From contig OZ251238.1 in assembly GCA_965240325.2 (NCBI GenBank), forward strand, positions 124,001 through 188,000: a stretch of DNA of 64,000 bases. Direction: 5' to 3'. Positions 1 through 10,740 of this stretch are shown in pieces. Position numbers and translations under genes: made by a program. The notes beneath the pieces were generated by a model. It saw only the letters and a list, made by a program, of their open reading frames with translations. It was not told the DNA's origin and made no database searches. The DNA comes from Rebecca billardiae RCC1528 (taxonomy: Eukaryota > Protista > Haptophyta). The stretch's first letter is position 1. Each line of letters begins with the position of its first letter.

Positions 1-521
1 CGCGCCCGCCGCCGCCGCCGCCGCGCGCGCGCCGCCGCCGCCGGTTCGGCCGTCGAGCGCGCGGCGCGTGCCGCCGAGTGCGCGCAGCGCGGCCGCGCGC
101 GCCGCGAGCGCGGCATCGGCCGCCGCGTCGTCCGCGCCCGCCGCCTCGGCGTGGGCGAGGGCGGCGGCGGCGGCGGCGGCGGCGGGCGGCGCGCGCCACA
201 GCGGCGCGCGCGCCGCCGCCCACGCCGCCGCCGCGCCCTCCGCGCGCCGCACCGCCGCGTCGGCCGCGCCGAGCGCCGCGGCGAGCGCGCCCGCCGCGTC
301 CGCGCACGCGGCCGCGAGCGCGCCGCCGTGCTCGGCGGCGGCGCCGCGCGCGCCGAGCGCGGCGGCGGCGGCGCGCGGGCCGCGGAGCACCCACCAGTGC
401 CGCGCCGGCCGCGCGCCGCCGTCCGCGCGCTCGCACTCGCACGCCGCCGCGCACGCCGCGCGCACCGCCGCCCAGAGCTGCGCGCGCACACACGGCGCGC
501 TCGGCCACAGCGCCGCGCACA

Positions 522-555
<34 letters not shown>

Positions 556-1807
556 CTCGGAGACGCGGAGGCGGACGCGCGCGCGCGGCGCGGCGTGGGC
601 CTGCGGCGGCAGCGCGGCCGGGCTGCCCCGCCCGCTCCCGCCGCCGCCGGCAGCAGCGCCGCCACCACCGCCGCCGCCCGGCGCCGCCGCCCACGCGCGC
701 AGCGCGCGCGCCGCGCGCCTCGCGAGCGCCGCGGCTAAGCGCGCGTCCGCAGCCGCGGCGTAGGCGGCGGCGCCCGCCACGTTGGCGGCGGCGACGCGCT
801 CGACGGCGGCGCGCGCGGCGGCGGCGGCGGCGCGCGCGGTGGCGGCGGCGCACGCCCCGCCCCGCCCCTCGCCGCCCTCCTCCTCCGCCGCCGCCGCCGC
901 CTCCTCCTCCCCGCCGCCGCCGCCGCCGCCCTCCGCGTCCGCGCGCGCGTCCGCTCCGTCGATGGCCGCCAGCGCGCGCGCCAGCGCCGCCTCTGCGCCG
1001 AGCAGCTCGCGAGAGGCGGCGGCGTACGCGACGAGCGCGCGGCGGAGGCGCGCGGCGCACGCGCGCAGCGCCGCCGCGTCCGTCGGGCCCGCGCCCGCCG
1101 CCGCGCGCACCGCCGCGTGCGCCGCCGCCGCGTGCGGGCGCAGGTGGCGGCGCAGCGGCGGCGGCACGCGCGCGACGGCGGCCGCGCGCGCGTCGAGCGC
1201 GCCGCCGAGCTCGGCGGCGGCGGCGGCGAGCGGCGCCCACTCGGCGGCGGCGGCGGCGAGGGCGCGCGGCACGCCGCCCTCCGGCGCGCCCGCCCCCGCC
1301 GGCGCGTACCCCAGCCGCCCCAGCGCCTCCGCCTCGGCGGGCAGCGCCAGCAGCAGCGGCGGCAGCGCGGGGCACAGCCGCAGCCGCGCGCGGCCGCCGC
1401 CGCCGCGCGCGCGCGCCGCCGAGCCGCCACCGCCACCGTCCGCGCGCGCCCCCGCCGCCGCCTCGGCGGCGGCGCCGTCGGCAGTGCCGCCGGCCGCCGC
1501 GCCGGCGCTGCGCGCCGGCGGCGCGAGCTCGAGCACGGCGAGCGCCCGGCCGCGCGGCGGCGCCGCCAGCTCGCGCGCGGCCGCGGCCGCCCACGCGCCC
1601 ACGAGCGCCGCCGCGCGCGCGGCCGCGGCGGCGCGCAGCGCGGCCGCGTCGGCGAGCACGGCGCGCGCGGCGGCGTGCGCGCCGCACGACTCGCCGAGCG
1701 CGGCGCGCACGAGGCGCGCGCCCAGCTCGCCGCGCGCGCCGAGCGCGCGCGCGCGGCACACCGCCGCCGCCACCGGCGGCCAGCCGCGCGCGCCGCCCAC
1801 CGCGGCC

Positions 1808-1845
<38 letters not shown>

Positions 1846-3895
1846 CTCGGCGGCGGCGCCGCGGCCGAGCGCGGCGCGCGCGCGCCCGACCTCGGCGGCG
1901 GCGGCGCGGAGGAGCGCGCCCTCCGCGTCGGGCAGCGCGGCGCGCACGGCCGGGCGGCCGAGCGCGCCCGCCGCGCGCGCCAGCGCGCGCGCGCGCGCGC
2001 CGTCCGAGCCGCAGCGGCCGAGCGCGGCCGCGAGCGCCGCGGCGAGCGCGCCGTCGGCGCGCGCGCACGCGGCCGCGTGCGCGCGCGCCGCCGCCGCCCA
2101 GCGGCCGCCGTCGTCGGCGCCGAGCGGCGCGGCGGCGGCGGCGGCGAGCGCGGCCCACGCGCGGCCGAGCTCGGCGCCCACCGCGCCCGCGCCCTCGGCG
2201 CCCAGCGCGCCGCCGCGCGCCGCCGCCGCCACCGCCGCGTGCGCCGCCGCCGCCGCGCGCAGCTCGGCGGCGCGCCGCCCGAGCGGCCGCAGCGCGCGCG
2301 CGCCCGCCGCGCCCGCGGCCGGCGCGGGCTCGCGGCGCGCGCGCGCGGCGTCGGCGGCGGCGGCCTCGACGGCGGCGGCGGCGGCGGCCCACGCCGCCTC
2401 CACCCGCGCCGCCGCCGCGCACGCCGCGCCCAGCCCCGCGCCGGGCGCGCCGCCCTCTTCGAGCGCGGCGCGCAGCCGTGCGTGGCAGCGGCCGAGCAGC
2501 GCGCGCCCGAGCGCGGCCACGAGGGCGCACGCGCGCGCGGGCGGGTAGGAGGAGGCGCGGAGGCGCAGGCCGCCGAGCGCGCGCGCGACGGCGCACGCCG
2601 CCTCGCCGTCCGCCTCGAGCCCCGCCGCCGCGCCCTCGCCGCCCTCCACCGCGCCGCCGCCGCCGCCCTCGCCGCCCCCCGCCGCCCACGGCGGCGCGGG
2701 CGGCAGCGCGCTCAGCAGCGCCACGTGCGCGCCCGCCGCGCGCTGCGCACGGCGCGCGCCCTCCGTCGCCTCGGCGAGCGCGGCGAGCACCGTGTGCCGC
2801 CGCGCGCGCTGCAGCACCTCGCGCGCCGCGAGCACGCCTGCGCGCGCGGCGCCGTGGGCGCGCGCGTGAGCGCGGCGGCGCGGCGCGGCGCGGCGCGGCG
2901 CGGCGCGGCGCGGCGCGGCGCGCGGCGGCGGCGCGCGGCGGCGACGCGCGGCGGCGCGCGCGCGGCGCACCGTCGGAGGCGAGAAAGTCGCAGTGCGCGC
3001 CCAGCGCGTCCTCGGCGGCGCGCCAGAAGGGCAGCTCGTCCGCCACGCCGCAGCCCGCCAGCTCCGCCTCGCCGCCCTCGCCGCCCTCGCCGAGCGCGGC
3101 GAGCGCGCGCGCCCCCTCCGCCCAGCCCTCCGCCGCCGCGGCCGCGCTGTCCGCGAGGCGCTCGAGGCCGCCGCTGCCGGGCTGCGCGAGCGCGGCGTCG
3201 GCGAGCTCGGAGGAGCGGCGCGGGCGCGGCGGCGCGCCACCGCCCGCCTCGGCGCGCAGCGCCGCGAGCAGCGCGGGCGGCAGCTCGGCGCTCGGCGCGC
3301 GCACGGCCGCGCCGCCGCGCGCCGCGCTCGCCGCCGCGCCCAGCTCGGACAGCGCCGCGCGCACGGCCGCGCCGGGCGCGCGCGCGCGGCCGGCGGTCGG
3401 GCTGTGGTGCGCCGGGTGCTCCGCGTCGAGCAGCGCGCGCAGCGCCTCCTCCGCGTACGCGCGCACCGTCTCGAGCGCGCCGCCATCGTGCGCGCAGCTC
3501 AGCAGCCGCAGCTGGGGACCGAGCGGCGCCGCGCACTCGAGCGGCGCAGAGCCCGCGCGCCGGACGAGCGCGAGCGCGGCGCGCACGCCGGGCGGGGGCG
3601 GGCCGGCGGGGAGGAGCTCGAGCGTCCCCTCCGGCGGCGCGCCGGGCGCGCCGCCGCCCTCGGCGCCGCGCGTGCCCAGCACGAGCGCGCGCGCGCCGCC
3701 GCGCGCGCGCGCAAACGCGCACAGCTGCTCGCGCGCGGCCGCGGGCTCGAGCGCCGCGCGGACGGCGGCGGGCGCGGCGCCGAGGAGCGGGGGCGCGGCG
3801 GCGCAGAGGAAGTCGGCGAGCGCCTCGGCGGCCTCGCCGTCCGGCCCGTCCGCGCCGTCGTCCGCCGTGGCGGGTTGCGGCTCCGCGGCCATCAT
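1..3895 (-). CDS. DYNC1H1: Cytoplasmic dynein-1 heavy chain, N-terminal tail (DHC_N1 region), highly divergent; runs off the left edge of the window
   Basis: Not in the ORF track as such. Minus-strand frame from ATG 3895/3892 with intron 2838-2970 (GT..CAG). Colinear matches to DHC1 as I recall it: ADELPFWRAAEDAL~LQEISFWLNLERAL; GVLAAREVLQRARRH~EVLLTLDILKHGKRF; LRASSYPPARVRALVAALGRAL~[30 protein letters not shown]~RPHIRGAI; PPVAAAV..LVRAALGE~PPVSGSI..RVEDVLGK. Confidence 0.8.
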
Positions 3896-4243
3896 CAGGC
3901 CGACCGCGCGGCAAGCCTGCTTGCCACTGGCCTTTTGGGCGGCCGCGCGGCGCCGACTCATCGTCATCAAGCGGGAGCACCGGTCATTCCGGAGCCATTT
4001 GCTGGAGTTTTGTTATTCATTCCACCGCCACGCGAATTGGGCTCATTAGATAGGCCAGTAATTACCCGCGTACTAAAGTAGCTCCGGCACGCGGAATGAG
4101 CCCACCGACAATTCGATCATAGTCATTTCATGGATAGTGCCTGGCGACCATGTGCACAGCTTACCCGGCTGGCGACGAGCGCAGTGCTCGCGGCGCGGAG
4201 CGCAGAAGCGCCACACACCGCGCGCGCGCGCGGCCGCGCGCGC

Positions 4244-5047
4244 TCAGATGTGCCGCGCGTCGCGGTACGCCTTCTCCGTCGGCACGAGCTCGCGCCCGTC
4301 GTACCACGCGGCCACGGCCGGCAGCGACGCGACCGTCTTGCGCACGGCCTGCACGCGCGCGTACTTGGAGACCGCGTCGAGGGGCACGCCGTCCATCGCG
4401 CCGGAGAACGCGGAGGAGACGGAGCAGAAGAGCTGCAGGTCGCCGATCGTCAGCGCGCCGCCCACCGCGTGCCCGCCGCTGCCGTGCTGCCCCACGAACG
4501 CGTCCAGCTTGGCGAGCCACGCGGCGGCGGCGCCCGACTCGACGCTCTCCTTGCGCGCGGCCTCCTTCTCCGCGCCCTCGAGGCCCTTGCCCGCGTCGCG
4601 CAGCGCCGTCTGGAAGTCCTCGCACGCGCAGACCAGCTCGTCGCACCGCGCCGCCGCGAGCGGCTCGGCCGGGAGCAGCGCGGGGCTGATCAGCTTGGCG
4701 ACCAGCGAGAGGAGCGCGCCCTTCTGCGCGAGGACGGTGCCGTCGCGCAGCGTGAGCACGGGCAGCTGGCCCCACGGCGTGCTGGGCTTGCGCGCCGGCC
4801 ACTCCTGCGCCCGCCGTCGCGGCGCGCGGGGGCGCGCGAGGGCGGGGCGAGTGCGCGCGCGCGAATGCGTCGGCGCGCAATCGTCGCGGCGCCTGCGCGC
4901 GCGCGCGCGGCGCGGCGCGGGCCGCACCTCGCCCTTGATGCGCTCGTCGTTGAAGGGCACGCCGCCAATCACGAGGGCGAGGCGGATGGGCTCGCCGCGC
5001 CCCGCCAGCGGGAAGTAGGTGAGCGTGCAGTCGTCGAGGATCGACAT
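4244..5047 (-). CDS. Glutathione S-transferase (sigma-like)
   Basis: MSILDDCTLTYFPLAGRGEPIRL..., TPWGQLPVL, LTIGDL; one in-frame intron 4805-4927. Confidence 0.93.
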   Translation of the reverse strand: MSILDDCTLTYFPLAGRGEPIRLALVIGGVPFNDERIKGEVRPAPRRARARRRRDDCAPTHSRARTRPALARPRAPRRRAQEWPARKPSTPWGQLPVLTLRDGTVLAQKGALLSLVAKLISPALLPAEPLAAARCDELVCACEDFQTALRDAGKGLEGAEKEAARKESVESGAAAAWLAKLDAFVGQHGSGGHAVGGALTIGDLQLFCSVSSAFSGAMDGVPLDAVSKYARVQAVRKTVASLPAVAAWYDGRELVPTEKAYRDARHI

Positions 5048-5468
5048 GGCGCGCGGGCGGCGGCGGGCGCGTGTTCGGACGTCTTCGGCGACTGGTCTCG
5101 GCCGGGCTGCCGCGAAGGAAGACTCGTAGTTTCGCGCCCGCCTTGCGTCCGGGCGGCCGCAACTTGCCGAAGACTCCGGGAGTGTTGTGCAGGGGCGGCC
5201 CGGGCAGCTGGGCAGTTCAGGCTGTTGATAGGCCGCGGCCCTCCCGGAGCGGTACTCGTCCACTATCGGAGACGTAGTCAGCTGCAAGGGCGCCGCTGAG
5301 AACTAGTTGTTGTTAGAGTGCAGCAGCGAAGTGTCCTGATGGGTGCCGCGGCGGCAGCAGCTGCCAGCTGGTGAGGAGCCCCGTGTCGGGGCTGGTGGTA
5401 TCAGCCCCGTCGGCACGCAGCTCGGCGTGCGCACGCGCCCGTCCGCCGGCGGACGCGCGCGCGCGCGC

Positions 5469-8304
5469 ATGGCGGAGCCGACGGGCCCCCTCCGGCACAT
5501 CGGCCCCGCCGAGCTCGGCGCGCACGGCACGCGCGACTCGTGCTGGCTGCTCATCAACGGGCACGTGTTCGACGCGACCTCCTTCCTCGACGAGCACCCG
5601 GGCGGCGCGAGCGTGCTGCTCGAGCACGCGGGGATGGACGCGACGCAGGCGTTCGTCTCGCTACACTCGCCGCGCGCGTACAAGATGCTCGGCGCGCGGC
5701 GCGTCGGCGTGTACGACCCCGCCGCCCTCGCGCCCCCGCCCGCGCCCGACGGCGCGCCGAGCGCGCTCGGCGCCGCCGGCGCCGCCGCGCCGACGGCGGC
5801 GGCGACGGCGGCGGCGGTGCCGAGCACGGCGGCGGGCGCCGAGGCGGCGGCGAGCACGCGCGCGCGCGACGCCGCCGCGGCGGGCGTCTTGGCCCAGGTC
5901 GACGCGCCGCCCTCCGCCGCCGCCGCTGCCGCCGCCGCCGCCGCGCCGCGCTGCGCGTACGCCGCCGCCGCCGCCAACGCCGACGCGGACGCGGACGCGC
6001 CGGGCGGCGGCTCGGCGGGCGGCGGCGCGTGCTGCCCGACGCCGCCGCCCGATGCGAGCGGCAGCTCGTCCTCGAGCAGCCCGCACTCGCACCCGTGGGC
6101 CGCGCCGCCCGCGACGGGCTGCCCGGCCGGCGGCGGCGCGGCCGCGTGCGCCGACGCGGCCGGCGGCGGCGGCGGCTGCGCGGCGGGCGTGCTGGGCTCG
6201 GGCTCGGCGGCGGGCTCGGCGGCGGGCGGCGCGTGCGCCGCCGCCAGGCCGGGCGCCGCGTGCGCCGAGCCGAGCGCGTGCGCGCAGCCCGTGCACTGCC
6301 TCACCGGCGGCGTGCGCACCGAGGCGCCGCCCTCGACCGCGCTGTGGGCGGTGGGCGAGCGCGGCTTCCTGCCTGTGCGCGACCCGCTGGCGGAGCTGCC
6401 GGGGCCGTGGGGCGTGCTCGTCGAGCTCTCGCGCGAGATCCCGATGATGTGCGCCGACGGCTCCGCGCGCGAGGTGCTCGACGCGCACGCGCCCGCGCTC
6501 GGCGCCCTGTGCGGCGCCGCGCCCCTGCGGCTGCTGGCCACGGATGACGCGCTCGAGCGCGCGCACTCGCTGTACGGGTACCTGGCGAGCGCGTACATCA
6601 ACGGCAGCAGCGCACCGGGCGGCGGCGGCGCGGGGCACGCGAGCCCGGCCGCGGGCGCCGCGGACGGCTGCCCGTTCCACCCGCAGCCGCCGCCGCAGCC
6701 GCAGCCGCCGCCGGCGTGCGCGGGCGGTGGCGGCGGCGGCGGCGGCGTGTGCGTGGGCGGCGGCGTGGGCGTGGGCGTGGGCGGCTGCGTGGGCGGCTGC
6801 CCGTCGTGCGGCTCTGGCGGGCAGCGCGGCGTGCCCGACGGGCTGCGCTCCGCCGAGCGCGCGCAGCGGCCGAGCTCGCTGCCCGCGTACCTGTGCGTGG
6901 GCTGGGCCGCGGTCGCCGCGCGCCTCGGCCGCCGCCCCACGCTCGACTACGCCGCGTGCGTGCTCTACAACTGGTCGCGCGTCTCGCGCGCCGGCCCGAT
7001 CACGATGGCCAACGTGCGGCTGCTCAACCGCTTCACGGGGCTGGTGGACGAGGAGTGGTTCTTCAAGACGCACATCGTGATCGAGAGCGAGGCGGCGGAG
7101 GCGGTGCAGGCGCTGGCGCGCGGGCTCGACGCGATGGAGGGCCCCGTCGACGCGGAGGCGCTGCTGCTCTCTCTGCGCGCGCTCGAGGGCGCGCTCTGGC
7201 GCGTGGCGCGCGTGTGCCTGCCCATCATGTTCGAGCGGGCGGAGGGGCAGGGCGCGCTGTGCGACTACTACGTGTTCTACCACCGGCTGCGCCGCTTCAT
7301 CTCGGGGTGGGACGCCACGTACGAGGGCGTCTCCGACGCTCCGCTCTCGCTCTCCGGCCCGTCGGGCGCCATGTCGGCGCTGCTGCCCACCATCGACGCG
7401 TTCCTCGGCATCAGCATGTCCAACGACCAGCTGGGCACGCTGCTGGCGGACTTCGAGTCGTACATGCCCAGGGCGCACGCGGAGTTCATCGGGCGCGTGC
7501 GCAGCCGCACGCCGCCCGTGCGCACGTACATCTGCGAGGCGATGGCGGCGCAGCTGCGCGCGGAGGCGGACGCGGCGGCGGCGCAGCAGCCGCAGCCGCC
7601 GCCGCCGCCGCCGCAGCACGCGGGCGGCGCGGGCGGCGCGGGCGGCGCGGGCGGCGCGGCGGGCGGCGCGGCCGCGGCGCTCGGCGCGGCGACGCCGCCG
7701 CTGCAGCCCGCCTCGCCCGCGCCGCCGGGCGGCGTGCCCGGCGGCGGGCCCTCGGCCGACGAGCCCGCCCTCCCCCTCCGGCGCGCACCCGCCGGCGCCG
7801 CGCCCGACGCATCCGCGCCCGACGGCGCGCGCGGCGCAGACGCGCACGCGCTCGTGTCCGCTTACAACGAGTGCATCAACCGCGTGCTCGACTTCCGCTG
7901 GCGGCACTTCCAGCTCGTGCAGAAGTACATCCTCGACCAGGCGCGCGCGGAGCAGCGGGACAGCGAGCAGCGGGACAGGGGGCACCACGCGCAGCCGACG
8001 GAGGCGCCGCAGCAGCCGCCGCCGCAGCCGCCGCCGCCGCAGCCGCCGGGCTCCTCCTCCGCCGAGGGCGCGCCACCGCCGCCCGGCTGCCCGCTGCGCG
8101 GCACGGGCGGCACCCCCGCGTTCGAGTACCTGCACCAGCACATCCACGACACCGAGGTGGCGCGCATACGCAGGCCCGCGCCGCCGCCGCCGCCGCAGGG
8201 GGGCGCGTGCTCCGCGGCCGCGTCGCCGCTCGCCGGGCCGGCGGGCGCGGGCGCGCTCGGCGCGGGCGGCGGCGCCGCCGCCGCCGCGGCGGACGGCGCC
8301 AAGC

Positions 8305-8342
<38 letters not shown>

Positions 8343-8919
8343 GACGGCTCGGCCGCGCTCGGCGCGGACGGGCGCTGCCTGCCGTGCGTGCCGCCGGGCC
8401 CGTTCGCGCTCTCGGCCGCGGACGGCGCGCGCATGTTCTCGCACGACTCCGCGCCCTCCGAGCTGTGGTCCGCGTGCGGGCCCAACGGTCTGCTGCCCAC
8501 AGCGCACCCGCTGCTGTGGCGCAGCGCCGCCGACGCGCCCGGCGGCGCGGCCGGGTTTGGCGTGCTGGTGAGCCTCTCGCGCGCCGTGCCCGCCATGTCC
8601 GCGGGCACGGGGCTCTTCAAGCAGGCGGTGGAGGCGGCGCTGCCCACGCTCGCGCACTGCGTCACGCTGCTGCGCGCGGGCGCGCTCACGCGCGCGCACG
8701 AGCTCGAGCGCGCGCGCTCGCTGTGCGCGCACATCGCCGCCGCGTACCGCCCGTCGGCGCAGGCGCTGCAGCGGCCGCTCGAGGCGCGCGCCGAGCTGCT
8801 GCCGTCGGACTGGGCGGCGCTCGCCGCGCGCGACGACGCGGCCGAGGCCGCGGCCGAGGCGGAGGACGGCGCGCTCGGCGGCGCGGCCGCGCCGGGCGAC
8901 GCGCCGCCCGCGCCCGCGC

Positions 8920-8956
<37 letters not shown>

Positions 8957-10740
8957 GCCGCCGCCGCCGCCGCCGCCGGGCCCGCTCGGCGAGGGCGAGC
9001 TGCCGCCGCCGCTGCGCGAGCTCTTCGCCGTGCTCTCGCGCCGCGTCGGCCGCCCCGCGCGCCTCGACCACTGCGACACGACGCTGTACAACTGGGAGCT
9101 CACGGCCGAGCAGGGGGCGGCAGCGCAGCGGGCGGCGGCGCGCGGCCACGAGGGCGGCGGGTTTGAGGTGGTGAGCCTGGCCAACGCGCACCGGCTGCGG
9201 CTGGTCTGCCGCTTCCTCGCCATCCCGGAGGAGGTGCGCGCACGCCACGGATGCACCCGCGCGCGCGCCATGCGCACGCGCACGTCCGCACGCGCGCGTG
9301 CGGGCGGGCGCGCCACCGCCCCGACTGACGTCCGACCGCGCGCCTGCGCCGCCGGCTGCGCGCGCGCCGCCCTCCGCGCCTCCCTCCGCGCCTCCCTCCG
9401 CCTCCTGCAGGACGACTTTTGGCGGCTGCACGTCGTGCTGGAGGCGGAGGCGCGCGCGCTCGTCCACGCGGCCTCGCTCGGGCAGGCCGCCATGCACGCG
9501 CACGACACGCGCGGGCTCGTCGGTGCGCGCAGCACCGCGCGCGCAGCACCGCGCGCGCAGCACCGCGCGCACGGCGCGGGCCGCGGCGGGGCTGACGGCT
9601 CGGGCCGCCCCCCGCGTGCGCGCGTGCGCAGCCGCCCTGGACGCGTTCGGGCAGGGCCTGGCGACGCTCAACGAGGCGCACCAGCAGCTGGGCGAGCACG
9701 GCGGCCGGCGCGACGTCGTGCTTGCGCGCCGGCTGCGCCCCTTTCTGCTCTCGGGCTCGAGCACGCAGCAGGACATGCAGATCGGCGCCATCTTCTACAC
9801 CGCGCGGTGCGCGCGCCGCGCGGGCAGGGGGCGGGCAGGGAGCGGGCGCGCCGCGCACAGCGGGGCGCGCACCGCGCAGCCGTGCGCGCGGCCGGACTGC
9901 GCGCCCGCTCACGCGCGCGCCTCGCGCCGCGCCCTCCTCGCGCCTCGGCGCCTCTCACCAGCTCCGCCATCCTGCCGCTGTGCCTGGCCTTCCTCGGCGT
10001 GCGCCCCGCCGCCGGGCTGGAGCCGCACCCGCTGCTGCGCGCGCTCACCAAGGCGCAGCGCAGCATGCCCGCGCCGCACCGCGCGCTGCTGAGCTGCCTG
10101 CAGCGGCCGGGCGGCGGGGACGTGCGCGCCTACCTGCACGCGATCGCGCACCGCACGCCCGTGCACGAGCTCGCGCTGCTCGAGGCGAGCTTCAACGGAT
10201 GCGTCGAGGTGCGCGCTCGCGCCGGCGCGGAGCGAGGCCGAGCGCGCGCGCGCGGGGCGGACGTCGCGCGGCGCGGCGCGCGGCGCCGCCGGCTCTCACG
10301 CCGCCGCCGCCGCCCCCGCCCCGCGCGCGCTCGCGGCTGTGCCGCGCCCCGCGCCGCGCCGCGCCGCGCCGCCCTCCCGGCCGCAGGAGCTGCTCCGCTT
10401 CTGCTCGCGCCGCTCCAACCTCGTGTGCCGCGCGCTGCCGCACATCGCCGAGTCGTTCCGCGAGTACTACCACAAGCAGCTGGAGGGCAGCATCCACCAG
10501 GCGCGGTGCAAGCTGCTGCTGCAGCGCAGGCTGGGGCCGGGGCAGGGCGGCGCGGGGGGGCACGCGGCGGACGGCGGCGCGCGCGCGGCGGGGCAGGGCG
10601 CGCCCGCCACGCACGGCGCGGAGGAGGCGGGGGGCTCGCTGCCCGCCTCGCCGCGCGCGGCCGCGCTCGGCGACGGCGCGCCGCCGAGCGCGCCGCCCGC
10701 GTGCGGCGAAGGCGCACCGAGGCGCAACACGAGCCAGTAG
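5469..10740 (+). CDS. Cytochrome b5 + indoleamine 2,3-dioxygenase + second degenerate IDO-like domain fusion
   Basis: b5: CWLLINGHVFDATSFLDEHPGG..GMDATQAFVSLHS. IDO domain 1: LDYAACVLYNW, EEWFFKTHIVIE, FYHRLRRFISGW, SGPSGAMS, YMPRAH, FRWRHFQLVQKYI, GTGGT. IDO-like domain 2: LDHCDTTLYNW, FWRLHVVLE, SMPAPHR. Predicted introns 9234-9410, 9523-9631, 9807-9961, 10209-10386. Confidence 0.88.

Noticed and set aside
68-4081. Very long plus-strand Arg/Ala/Pro-rich ORFs (1323 aa, 978 aa), and equivalents elsewhere such as 5661-9791 and 51837-56282
   Set aside because: Shadow frames of real genes; stop codons are rare at this GC content and no motifs are present.
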